NCBI GenBank assembly: GCA_951813565.1
Contig: OX638351.1
Span: forward strand, 1,632,001-1,696,000
Direction: 5' to 3'
Length of the DNA: 64,000 nt
Source of the DNA: an uncultured Poribacteria bacterium
GTDB lineage: Bacteria; Poribacteria; WGA-4E; WGA-3G
Position 1 is the first letter of the stretch, and every line of letters starts with the position of its first letter. The notes under the pieces were generated by a model that made no database searches, was not told where the DNA came from, and saw only the letters and a program-made list of their open reading frames with translations. Position numbers and translations under genes: made by a program. Positions 42,431-52,049 of this stretch are shown here, piece by piece.

Positions 42431-45400
42431 ATGAATTACGCAGAACTGCCGCTCCCACAACGTCAAAGAGACGAAATCCATCAAATTTTATCGGACGCAT
42501 CCGATAGAGACGGAGGCGTGGATAATGACTCTATATTGCGAAGTCTACAAGAACTTGCCACTGACGATACCGACATCCAAACCTGTTTTGCCGAGATCGT
42601 CATCCCGATATTAGAAACTTGCCTAAATTCACCTAATCCTGAAGCTGCCTTAAATAATTTTTCGCGTTTTGCACGTGTAACGTTTAACCGAAAATGGATT
42701 TATCAATTCTTGCGAGATGCACCGTTTCTGATGCAGACCGTGATGCTCAGTTTCGGCGCGTCCTCATATCTGTCCGATATTCTGATTCGCAATCCGATCT
42801 ATTTTTATGACATCATTGATGTGAACGTGATGGACGCCACGAAAACACGCGACATCATGTATGACGAGCTCGCTACGGCACTCAGTAGATATAAAGATAT
42901 TGATCAGAAACTTCAGATAATTCGGCGATACAAGCGTCGCGAAAGCCTTCGCATAGCACTCCGTGATCTTCTCCAGGTAGTAGCCGTTGAAACAACGACA
43001 TTGGAGATGAGCAATTTGGCAGAAGCAGCGTTGCAACACTGCTATGAAATTGGCTGCGATCAGATCATAAAGCCAAAGTTTGGCACACCGCTAAATGAAG
43101 AAGGCACCGCTCCCTGCCGCTTTGCTGTTATCGGAATGGGAAAATTCGGGGGATATGAACTCAACTTTAGTTCTGATATTGACCTAATTTTTGTTTATTC
43201 AGATGAAGGACAAACCGATAAAGGTGTTGATAATAGTGAATATTACACACGTTTGTGTGAGTTTTTAATTAAAGCGATGAGCGAAGTAACGGTGGAAGGC
43301 TATGTGTTTCGTGTGGATATTCGTTTGCGTCCGGAGAGCAGCGCTGGGGTCATTATTCGTTCTATGGAAAGCTATGAAAGTTATTATGAAGGATGGGGCG
43401 ATTTATGGGAACGTCAAGCGTTGATAAAAGCGCGTCCGGTCGCTGGGGATATGGCATTTGGAGATGAATTCATCCGCATGATTCAGCCGTTTGTGTATCA
43501 ACGCTATTTAGATGGGGTAACGCTTAATGAAATTAAGGTAGACATTCGGAATACGAAAGCGCGCATAGAGGAACGGCTTATAGGAGAGAGGACAGACCTT
43601 GAAAAGCATGTCAAACTTGGTCCGGGTGCTATTCGGGATATTGAGTTTACTGTCCAATGCCTCCAGATGATACATGGTGGACAGCAAAAGTCACTCTGCT
43701 CACAGAATACGTTGGAGACACTTGAAGCGTTGAAGGCTAACGAATTGTTGGAAACGGAAGATGCTGATACCTTATCAGATGCTTATCGGTTTTTACGAAG
43801 GCTTGAAAACAGTATCCAAATAGAGGCGGACCAACAACGTTACGCAATTCCGGCAAAAGAGGAGGAGGAGATTCAACTTGCTCGACGTTTGAAATACCAT
43901 GACGCACCGCTTGAAACATTCCGACAAGATTACCAAACCCATACAGCACGTGTCCGTGAAATCTTTGAAAAAGTGATGGACGTCCGTGAACCAAACCAGT
44001 TAGATATCCCTGTGCTGCTTAGCCAAGATGACTCAGAAGAGATTCAGGAACAATTGAGTAAGTTCGGTTTTGAGAATGTGCGTGAAGCACATCGCTTGTT
44101 GCGACAACTTGCCAACGGTAGTGATGGACAGCAGTTCTCCCCCGCAGTCAGACGTGCATTCTTCAAACTCGCTCCGAGTCTCCTGAAATATTTGCGTGCA
44201 GCCCCCGATCCAGATATGGCACTTCGCTATTTTGATGCATTTGCCGCTAAAGTCGGTGCGCGGAGCAGCTACTACACCATGTTTATGGAAAGACAAGGGG
44301 TACTTGAAGCACTCATAAGTGTCTGCGGTTCAAGCCTTTACTTGGCAGATTTACTGATTGCCAGTCCAGAACTGTTTGATTTGTTGACAGTGCCGACTTT
44401 CACCGAATCCCCGAAGACACTCGCCCAAAAACAGGAAGAGGTTTTACAACTCGTCGCGGATACATCTGATGTTCACGTGCTTAGAGCGCTTAGACGTTAC
44501 AAGAACGATGAGATTTGGCGCATCGCCTTACGAAACATCCTCGGTAACGCTGACCTTCCAACAACGACCAAAGAACTCTCCGATTTGGCCGAAGCAATCC
44601 TGCAAGCCGTCTATCCGAAGATTGACGCGCAGCTACGCGAAGAACGCGGTATCCCAATGAGCGATGACGGAACACCCGTGACTTTCGCCATCATTGCAAT
44701 GGGGAAATTTGGAGGACGTGAACTTAACTTTAGCTCAGATTTAGATGTGATGTGTGTCTACACAGCAGATGGTGAAACAACTCAAGGAATGCCAAATTCG
44801 GAGTTTTTCTCGCTTCTCGGTTTAGAATTAGTAAAGCAACTTGGTGGGGATCACGGAATGAGTATTTATGAGATCGACCTACGGCTCCGTCCCTATGGCA
44901 CAGGTGGCGCGATCGCATTGCCGTTGTCGGGATACCAGCATTACTATGACCATACTGCAGAAATCTGGGAACGGCAGGCACTCACACGCGCCCGCGTCGT
45001 GGTAGGAGATGTGGAAGGAGTAGGAAACCAATTTATGGAGATCGCACACGCCTTTTGCTATAAGCAACCACTCACTTCTGAAGATATCTCCGAGATTGTG
45101 CGGACACGCCAACGGAAAGAAGCACAAGCCACACGAAAAACTAAACCACGACGTAGACGGAGTGGAAAAGTCAGTAAACCTACTGCTAATGTAAAGTCAG
45201 GATACGGAGGACTTGTTGATATTGAATTTGCTGTGCAAACCCTTCAACTGATACATGGAACCGATACAATTTCAGTCCGTGTGCCGAATACGCTTCTTGC
45301 AATTGACAGATTGCACGCTATTAGCGTTCTGACAGAGGCACAGCGTACAGGATTATCAGAAGCGTATCAATTTCTTCGGCGCGTGGAAAATGCATTACGG

Positions 45401-45580
45401 ATTGTTCACGACCGCGCGTTGGATGCGTTGCCTACAAATCGGGCAGAATTGACGCAATTAGCCCGTCGGCTCGGATACGTGGAAACGGAAGATACCTCTA
45501 TCGTGGAGACTTTTTTGCAGGATTATGGAAAGTGGACCGAAAAGACTCGTGCGCTTTTCAATGAGATCCTTGTTAATTGA
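42431..45580 (+). CDS. glnE: Glutamine synthetase adenylyltransferase/adenylyl-removing enzyme
   Basis: Two GMGKFGG.ELNFSSD.D nucleotidyltransferase domains, D.RLRP, WERQAL. Confidence 0.95.
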   Translation: MNYAELPLPQRQRDEIHQILSDASDRDGGVDNDSILRSLQELATDDTDIQTCFAEIVIPILETCLNSPNPEAALNNFSRFARVTFNRKWIYQFLRDAPFLMQTVMLSFGASSYLSDILIRNPIYFYDIIDVNVMDATKTRDIMYDELATALSRYKDIDQKLQIIRRYKRRESLRIALRDLLQVVAVETTTLEMSNLAEAALQHCYEIGCDQIIKPKFGTPLNEEGTAPCRFAVIGMGKFGGYELNFSSDIDLIFVYSDEGQTDKGVDNSEYYTRLCEFLIKAMSEVTVEGYVFRVDIRLRPESSAGVIIRSMESYESYYEGWGDLWERQALIKARPVAGDMAFGDEFIRMIQPFVYQRYLDGVTLNEIKVDIRNTKARIEERLIGERTDLEKHVKLGPGAIRDIEFTVQCLQMIHGGQQKSLCSQNTLETLEALKANELLETEDADTLSDAYRFLRRLENSIQIEADQQRYAIPAKEEEEIQLARRLKYHDAPLETFRQDYQTHTARVREIFEKVMDVREPNQLDIPVLLSQDDSEEIQEQLSKFGFENVREAHRLLRQLANGSDGQQFSPAVRRAFFKLAPSLLKYLRAAPDPDMALRYFDAFAAKVGARSSYYTMFMERQGVLEALISVCGSSLYLADLLIASPELFDLLTVPTFTESPKTLAQKQEEVLQLVADTSDVHVLRALRRYKNDEIWRIALRNILGNADLPTTTKELSDLAEAILQAVYPKIDAQLREERGIPMSDDGTPVTFAIIAMGKFGGRELNFSSDLDVMCVYTADGETTQGMPNSEFFSLLGLELVKQLGGDHGMSIYEIDLRLRPYGTGGAIALPLSGYQHYYDHTAEIWERQALTRARVVVGDVEGVGNQFMEIAHAFCYKQPLTSEDISEIVRTRQRKEAQATRKTKPRRRRSGKVSKPTANVKSGYGGLVDIEFAVQTLQLIHGTDTISVRVPNTLLAIDRLHAISVLTEAQRTGLSEAYQFLRRVENALRIVHDRALDALPTNRAELTQLARRLGYVETEDTSIVETFLQDYGKWTEKTRALFNEILVN

Positions 45581-45616
45581 ATCGAGGACGTAGGTTGGGT
45601 AGAGTTTGCGAAACCC

Positions 45617-45826
45617 ATAAATCAACGCAGCATGCGCGTATGGCATGCTGCGGGTGTAAACTTAAGAAAAAAATGCTGGATTTTCTCTTGTGGGAGGGAG
45701 ACCTTGTCCGACCGATTTTCGAGATTCAACCAAGTAAATCCGGGTTGAAAACCCGACAAATACCATACGCGTATTTGGCGTTGATTCACTCCCACAAGAA
45801 GATATATCCTTAGAGTTGACACGTAT
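45617..45826. mobile_element. MITE family B with two micro-hairpin inserts
   Basis: 20-bp direct repeats 45597-45616 and 45827-45846 (3 mismatches); ends GTGTAAACTTAAG / GTTGACACGTAT. Confidence 0.78.
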
Positions 45827-45959
45827 AGGCAGAGTTTGCGAAATCCAACAACCGAACACTAAAATATCGCTCTGGTAGGCGCGCTTTGTAAGCACGCCTA
45901 CAGTGGAAGGTTCTGTCTTTTTATCTGTAACAAAAATACAAAACCTTAAGGAGACATTC

Positions 45960-47018
45960 ATGGCATCCGATTCGTCACCTATCAGTCCCCGTTTCCCGAA
46001 AAATGTTATTATATGCATCGGGGACGGGATGGGTTTTGAAGCAGTCAAAGCCGCGGGCTACTACGCATTGGGCGAAACGGGAACCCTGTCCTTTGAGGCG
46101 TTTCCTCACCAGGCAGAATTGAAAACTTATGCAGCAAACACACCGATGACTGACTCCGCCGCTGCTGCAACCGCCATAGCGACAGGACACAAGGTCAACA
46201 ACGGTGTTATTAGTATGGAGATCCCGGGCACTGGCACCTCACTGAAGACGCTCCTTGAGGTTTCTAAGGAATTGGGCAAAAGAACCGGCCTCGTCTCAAC
46301 AACCTACATCACCCATGCGACCCCCGCTGCTTTTGGCGCACACAACTCGCAACGTAACAACCTCGGTGAAATCGCACATGATTACCTCCATCTCACCCGT
46401 CCCAACGTGCTGTTGGGAGGCGGTGGCAATGGAATTACAGAGGAGAGGGCAGAATCCGCTGGTTATACAGTCGTAACTGATCGAGAGGAACTGCTTACCC
46501 TCAACACCAATACGGAAACCTTTGTTTCTGGACAGTTCGGGCAGACCAATATCCCGTATATGTATGAAGGAGCTAACAATCTACCACATTTGTCAGAAAT
46601 GGCAAATGTGGCGTTAGATATTCTCTCTAACAACGAAAATGGGTTTTTCCTGCTTTTGGAAGGTGGACGCATTGATCATGCTGGACATTCTAACGATATA
46701 GAACGTCAACTTTTAGAGACAATTGAGTTTTCTAAAGCGGTGCAAACCGTTTATGATTGGGTGTCAGATGATGCGGATACCGTTATTCTTGTTACCGCTG
46801 ACCACGAAACCGGTGGATTGAAGGTACATAAAAACAACGGACAAGGAAAAGTGCCTGAAATCTCTTGGACGACTGGTGGACATACTGTGAGTAATGTACC
46901 GCTTTACGGTTGGGGAAAGAACGCAGAACGCGTTGAAGGTGTCATGAACAATACGGATTTGATTAAAGTGGTATCAAGCGATAGTGATTTAGGTGAGGTA
47001 CAACTTCCACTATTATAG
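45960..47018 (+). CDS. Alkaline phosphatase (PhoA family), no signal peptide
   Basis: GDGMG, TDSAAAATA, HATPAAF, EGGRIDHAGH, TADHETGG; AAGGAG RBS before ATG 45960. Confidence 0.92.
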   Translation: MASDSSPISPRFPKNVIICIGDGMGFEAVKAAGYYALGETGTLSFEAFPHQAELKTYAANTPMTDSAAAATAIATGHKVNNGVISMEIPGTGTSLKTLLEVSKELGKRTGLVSTTYITHATPAAFGAHNSQRNNLGEIAHDYLHLTRPNVLLGGGGNGITEERAESAGYTVVTDREELLTLNTNTETFVSGQFGQTNIPYMYEGANNLPHLSEMANVALDILSNNENGFFLLLEGGRIDHAGHSNDIERQLLETIEFSKAVQTVYDWVSDDADTVILVTADHETGGLKVHKNNGQGKVPEISWTTGGHTVSNVPLYGWGKNAERVEGVMNNTDLIKVVSSDSDLGEVQLPLL

Positions 47019-47089
47019 TGCCATTTTTGTATGATAGCTTTCATAAACAAAACATGCGTTTGTAGTCGCGCAATTTATTGCGCCTCTTA

Positions 47090-47376
47090 TACCAAATTAA
47101 CCTAATCTGTAGCGCGAGGTCTCTGTGCCTCGCAATATTGACTTGCCCAAGAAACACCTAATCAAGTTAATTTGGTATAATACCAAATTAACCTAATACC
47201 ATTTCTAATTGACAAAATGTCATAATATATTGTAGGTCGGGTAGAGGAACGAAACCCGCCAAGTGCCAAATGTGCACTTGGCGTTGATTTGGACAGGACG
47301 CTATAAAAAGTCGGGTTTCGCTACCGCTTCTACCCGACCTACGAAATAATGCCACATAATCATTTAGAAATGGTAT
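47090..47376. mobile_element. MITE stack: 88-bp family A (47090-47177), truncated A end, family C-ended unit (47197-47376)
   Basis: TACCAAATTAAC/GTTAATTTGGTA; TACCATTTCTAA/TTAGAAATGGTA; units separated by TAA/TTA; internal inverted REP pair. Confidence 0.8.
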
Positions 47377-47534
47377 TAGAATTTTATCATAGATTATGCC
47401 GTTGCGTCAATTTTCTTATTTCTCCCAGAGGTGTTCTGTTTTAGAGTTTTTCTCAACATTAACACCTGGAAATGAGGAAATTGCGTTCGTCTCGCATACA
47501 ATATACAAAAATGCCCTAAAAAGAAAAAAAATTG

Positions 47535-47623
47535 TTGACAAAAAACATGAAATGTTGTATGATAACTAAAAATGTAAAATTACTTATAAAGTGATTGACA
47601 TTTTTGGTAAAGTTATGTATACT
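47535..47623 (+). promoter_or_regulatory. Tandem sigma70 promoters
   Basis: TTGACA-N17-TATGAT (47535-47563) and TTGACA-N17-TATACT (47595-47623). Confidence 0.75.
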
Positions 47624-47634
47624 TTACAAGAAGG

Positions 47635-47935
47635 TGTAATAGATGCACAGGATGCATCTGTTGCCCCTGGGCACGCTTCACCCCTCCCCCGCGAGGGGGC
47701 GCGTCGACAGTGGTGTTAGCATTTATCCACTATCAACGCGTAGCCATGCCATAATGCAACTATGACAAGGTTGGTTTTCATTTTAACACAAGTATCACGC
47801 TTGCTGTTATAGAAATATGAAAGCCAGCGAGCCCGAAGGAAACCGTTGACAGCAACTTTCCATTTTCCTGCCAACTTCTCCTTTCGGGTCTGTCACATTT
47901 AGAAAGATCGCTGGACGCTTTTTTTGTCCAGTCCG
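47635..47935 (+). ncRNA. Candidate structured leader RNA
   Basis: At least seven consecutive stems including CCCCC-GCGA-GGGGG; no family recognised. Confidence 0.45.
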
Positions 47936-48659
47936 ATAAATTCAACGATATGCTCGGGAGAGTATATCTACTCATTAAGGAGAAAAAAATGAAATTTAGA
48001 TCAATTAGCATCGCCGTGACGATGCTACTTTCCTTATCTTTGTTCGGCATTCCCAGAAGAGTGATGCCTTTGAGATCACATATATGTATGTATGGGCCGA
48101 TAATGATTTCGGTGATGGTGCAAATGCGACTGCTTATGTGAATACAGATGAAGACATCGTCTGTATAAGGTGGTCTGTTGACGATGTCTATAGCCATACA
48201 ACTCATTACGGTGCGGGCACGCGCTTTGCCTCTGAGATATTCACGCTCACGGGGAGCATTAAAGGTGAAAAATATACTATCGAAGCAGAAGTCTCGTTCT
48301 GGGATGGTGATAATTGTGTATCGGATACCGATTCGTATAAGTTCCGGATGTTTAAACCGATCGACTCGCCTCAAAACGGTCCCGGTCAAAATACGGGTGC
48401 CTCGGGACACGCAGTGATTTCAAGTTTCTACTATGACGGTTCGTCTATTATTATGTCTTCTTACGCCTATGCCTATAACCCAAGAAATAATCCGAAGGCG
48501 AAAGACCCAGACGATAACCCACTACAGGTTTTGGCGTGGTTCCGAACGCAGGAATACCCTGCACCCGATGGTGCCGCGGGAAATGAACATCGAGATACCA
48601 AAGACTCCGAAATTATTACAGTGGGTGAAACCTCTAAGAATTTTACCCCCGGTCCTAAT

Positions 48660-50338
48660 CTTACTATTACCCATAAGTCGAAATTCTTACTATTGATCAT
48701 AAATTCGACATAAAGTGCAGACATCTATTTTCTTGATTTACATTCACCTGTGCTGTCAAGATAAGTGTATTTTCGCTTGGGTCATTGGGTCATAATATAC
48801 TTGCATATCAAGAACATTTGTGTTATGTTCAATAGATATTATTACCAACACAAGTAACACTTATGGATCTGATACATTGGAGTGAATAATGATGTCTACA
48901 AACAAGAAAGAGTTATCTACATCTTGGAGTATTGAAGAGTTTACGGGTCTTGATTTGGGAGATGCCCGTCTAAATAAAAGGTTGCTCAGCGTTGCAGATG
49001 CGTTGGCGGCACATCCTACCGCAACCATCAACGCTGCGTGTGGCGATTGGGCATCGGTGAAGGGTGCCTATCGTTTATTTGATAATGAAAAGGTTTCTTC
49101 AGAGAAGATATTGGCACCTCACTTTAGACAGACGATTGCGCGGATGTGTGCGTATCAGCGTGTGTTTGCTATACAAGATACAACCTATCTGGATTACACC
49201 GATCACCCGTCAACAGAAGGTTTAGGTCCGATTGGTGCCTCGTCTCATCACCATTATGGTTTTGTCAAACACACGACACTCATCGTGAGTGGGTCGGGGC
49301 TCCCGCTTGGGTGTTTGACAGATAAAGTGTGGGTTCGGGATGCGCCGACACAAGAAAAAAAACGGAAATCCAGACCGCTGGTAGAAAAAGAGAGCTACAA
49401 GTGGATTGAAGCAGTGTCGGCAATAAAATCCGAAGCCCCAGAAGGTGTTGAGGTGATTTGCATTTGTGATCGTGAAGCTGATATTTATGAGTTTTTCGTT
49501 GAAGCACAAGAGATGCCTTTTGTAATGCGTGCTGCGCAAGATCGTGTGGTTGATAATGATGTTGGTAGATTGCGTGCTTTAGCAGAAAGTCTACCGGTTG
49601 CTGGTGAGTTTAGCATACAAGTTGCAGCGCGTGGTGCCCAACCTGCCCGAGAAGCAACTCTGAGCGTTAGTTTCACAAAAACGACGCTTCTCCCACCGCA
49701 TCGTTCGCAAGCATCACGCTCCCAAGAGCTGCCTGCTGTGGAAATATATCTCGTATGGGTGATAGAGACGAACCCACCCGATGGCACAACACCTGTGGAA
49801 TGGCTGCTCCTTACAAATGTGAAAGTGACAGATTTCTCAGATGCGATTGAACGGGTAGACTGGTATACGCAACGCTGGCACATTGAAGTCTATTTCAAAA
49901 TCCTCAAATCAGGAACGAAAGTTGAGGAAGTCCGCTTCCAAACCCAAGAGAGACTCCTACGCTTTATTGCCCTGCTGAGCGTGATTGCTTGGCGTCTTTA
50001 TTGGTTGACAATCATCAATCGGCAGGCACCGGATACGGACTGCACACATATATTGACTGAAGTTGAGTGGAAAGCACTTTACTGTATAACACATAAGACG
50101 CACATTTTACCGAAAAAACTACCAACTGTGTCTGAAGTCGTTGTTTGGATCGCCAAACTGGGTGGCTTTTTAGGACGAAAGTCCGATGGTAAACCTGGAG
50201 TGACCGTTATTTGGAGAGGATGGCAAAGGCTTAGTGATATTTCTGACACCTTTGCTCTTTTTCACCAATACACACAAAACAATATCGGTCAGAACCTTAT
50301 TGATGGACATGTTCCATAAACTTATGGGTAATAGTAAG
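48660..50338 (+). mobile_element. IS4-family (IS50/Tn5-like) insertion sequence
   Basis: Perfect 19-bp TIR CTTACTATTACCCATAAGT; 9-bp TSD GGTCCTAAT (48651-48659, 50339-50347). Confidence 0.96.
48889..50319 (+). CDS. IS4 (Tn5-like) DDE transposase
   Basis: LGDARLNKRL, IQDTTYL, CDREADIYE, YTQRWHIEVYFKILKSG, LGGFLGRKSDGKPG...WRGW. Confidence 0.96.
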   Translation: MMSTNKKELSTSWSIEEFTGLDLGDARLNKRLLSVADALAAHPTATINAACGDWASVKGAYRLFDNEKVSSEKILAPHFRQTIARMCAYQRVFAIQDTTYLDYTDHPSTEGLGPIGASSHHHYGFVKHTTLIVSGSGLPLGCLTDKVWVRDAPTQEKKRKSRPLVEKESYKWIEAVSAIKSEAPEGVEVICICDREADIYEFFVEAQEMPFVMRAAQDRVVDNDVGRLRALAESLPVAGEFSIQVAARGAQPAREATLSVSFTKTTLLPPHRSQASRSQELPAVEIYLVWVIETNPPDGTTPVEWLLLTNVKVTDFSDAIERVDWYTQRWHIEVYFKILKSGTKVEEVRFQTQERLLRFIALLSVIAWRLYWLTIINRQAPDTDCTHILTEVEWKALYCITHKTHILPKKLPTVSEVVVWIAKLGGFLGRKSDGKPGVTVIWRGWQRLSDISDTFALFHQYTQNNIGQNLIDGHVP

Positions 50339-50614
50339 GGTCCTAATACGGACCCCGAGCCGTGGGCTGGCGGAGGGGCACCCTTCGATCGTTTTGTCGG
50401 CGACCTGGGCGATGATGCGGTTTATTATAACGCGCATACGCACCTTGTGGTGTCTACAACAAAGGGCCCTCACAAGGAGGACCACTGGGAAGCAGATACA
50501 CAACAACAGACAGGCACCGCTGCTGTGACGTTTACTTCGGACGATGGGCCATAACCCTATTGCAACGGCAGAGGACATGCGCCCCTGCCATTCCTTCTTT
50601 TAAGGAGCAGAACC

Positions 50615-51643
50615 GTGAAAAGACACAAAGTTGTTATGTTGTGCCTGTTACTGCTACTGCTTGCGTCTACCTTAGTCCATACCAAAATCGTTTTTAATTC
50701 AGTACGCGATGGTATTTATGGGATCTACGTGATGGATGATGATGGCAGCAACCAGACACTGCTTACCGACGCGTTCCGTCCCCGCTTACCGAGTTGGTCT
50801 CCCGACGGCAGACAGATTTTATTTCGAAGATTTGTGCATGGTAGTGCTATTCTTTGCTTGATGAATCCAGACAGCACAAACATTCGTCAACTCACAAAAG
50901 CTGATTATATCGATAGAGCTTCATTTTCACCGGACGGCAAATTTCTCGTTTTTAGGAGAACGATTGAGGATCCCGGTGATTGGAAAAACCGCACCGTCGT
51001 CCTCAATATAGAAACGGGAAAGATGAAAGAGATCTCGGATTTCTGGGGTGTCCAACATGATTGGTCGCCGGATGGCAAGCATATAATATGTGCGGAACCT
51101 TGGACGCACGGTGTCAATAATACGATTTGGATTATGGCAGCGGATGGTCACAACCTACGCCCACTGATACCCACAGCGGCTTTCGACGGAGAGTTCATGA
51201 TTCACCGTAAATATCCGCGCTGGTCGCCGGATAGTCAACAGATTGTGTTCACCCAGGTAGAGTGGAAAACCGTGCGTCAGATGAATGCCCGGGAAGGCCC
51301 TTTCTACAAGGCGTTTCGGTATATGATCTGTAATCGCAACGGAGAAAACCTCAGAGTGCTCCCTATACCGAAGGGCATGCAAGGGTTTAGCGTTGACTGG
51401 ATGGATGACGGTGAATCCATCGTTTTTAGTGCGCGTGCTGACATCCCTTTGAACCAACCGCTACCGGGTGATTTTGAGTTTCCACCACCGAATATCTATA
51501 AGTATCATATCCGGACACGCGATATGACACGGCTCACAAACCATCCGGGCCGTGATTACGGGTTGGACTGGATCAGTGATGATGTGCTTTCTGTAACACC
51601 ACAAGGCAAAAAAAAAATAACGTGGGGGGCAATTAAGGAGTAA
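50615..51643 (+). CDS. Secreted TolB-like (PD40) beta-propeller protein
   Basis: Signal peptide, KIVFNSVRDG, repeated WSPDG motifs, tail LSVTPQGKKKITWGAIKE. Confidence 0.88.
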   Translation: MKRHKVVMLCLLLLLLASTLVHTKIVFNSVRDGIYGIYVMDDDGSNQTLLTDAFRPRLPSWSPDGRQILFRRFVHGSAILCLMNPDSTNIRQLTKADYIDRASFSPDGKFLVFRRTIEDPGDWKNRTVVLNIETGKMKEISDFWGVQHDWSPDGKHIICAEPWTHGVNNTIWIMAADGHNLRPLIPTAAFDGEFMIHRKYPRWSPDSQQIVFTQVEWKTVRQMNAREGPFYKAFRYMICNRNGENLRVLPIPKGMQGFSVDWMDDGESIVFSARADIPLNQPLPGDFEFPPPNIYKYHIRTRDMTRLTNHPGRDYGLDWISDDVLSVTPQGKKKITWGAIKE

Positions 51644-51669
51644 GTCGTCTGCTGTAACATCATATTTTG

Positions 51670-51714
51670 GACAGGCAGGTCCCCTTTTTTATGGGGACCT
51701 GCCTGTCTCTTTTT
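51670..51714 (+). terminator. Intrinsic terminator
   Basis: GACAGGCAGGTCCCC / GGGGACCTGCCTGTC followed by TCTTTTT. Confidence 0.85.
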
Positions 51715-51720
51715 AAGTTA

Positions 51721-52028
51721 TACCGAATTAACAGGATTTATTTGTTTTATTGGAGACAGGCAGCATACACCAAATCAACGGTATGAATCATGCAGCATGC
51801 CGGACGCGCATGCTACCAATGGCATTCCCCATGTTCCACAAATGCACAAACTGTATGAAGATTAATTTATTAATTCGGTAATTTTCTATCCGTACGAGGC
51901 AAGTGTACTCCTCCGCTGGCGAGGTTTCCTAACCTCGCCAAATTACCGAAATATTTTCTTAATCTTCATACAGTTTGTGCTACAATGTGTTTTTATCAAA
52001 CTCACGTTGTCAATTAAGCTATACGGTA
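51721..52028. mobile_element. Composite family A MITE with nested element (51854-51970)
   Basis: TTA|TACCGAATTAACAGGATTTAT matches the 7173 copy; nested unit has TATGAAGATTAA/TTAATCTTCATA ends; right end approximate. Confidence 0.65.
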
Positions 52029-52049
52029 TACGCAGTCCAGTTATGGACA

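Larger units (their letters stand above)
47989..50554 (+). pseudogene. Secreted uncharacterised protein, frameshifted and IS-interrupted
   Basis: AAGGAG RBS, signal peptide MKFRSISIAVTMLLSLSLFGIP; one C missing near 48053; removing the IS joins FTPGPN to TDPEPWAGG...DDGP*. Confidence 0.82.

Noticed and set aside
47778..48410. 210-aa minus-strand ORF
   Set aside because: Antisense to the secreted-protein pseudogene and its leader; no recognisable motifs.
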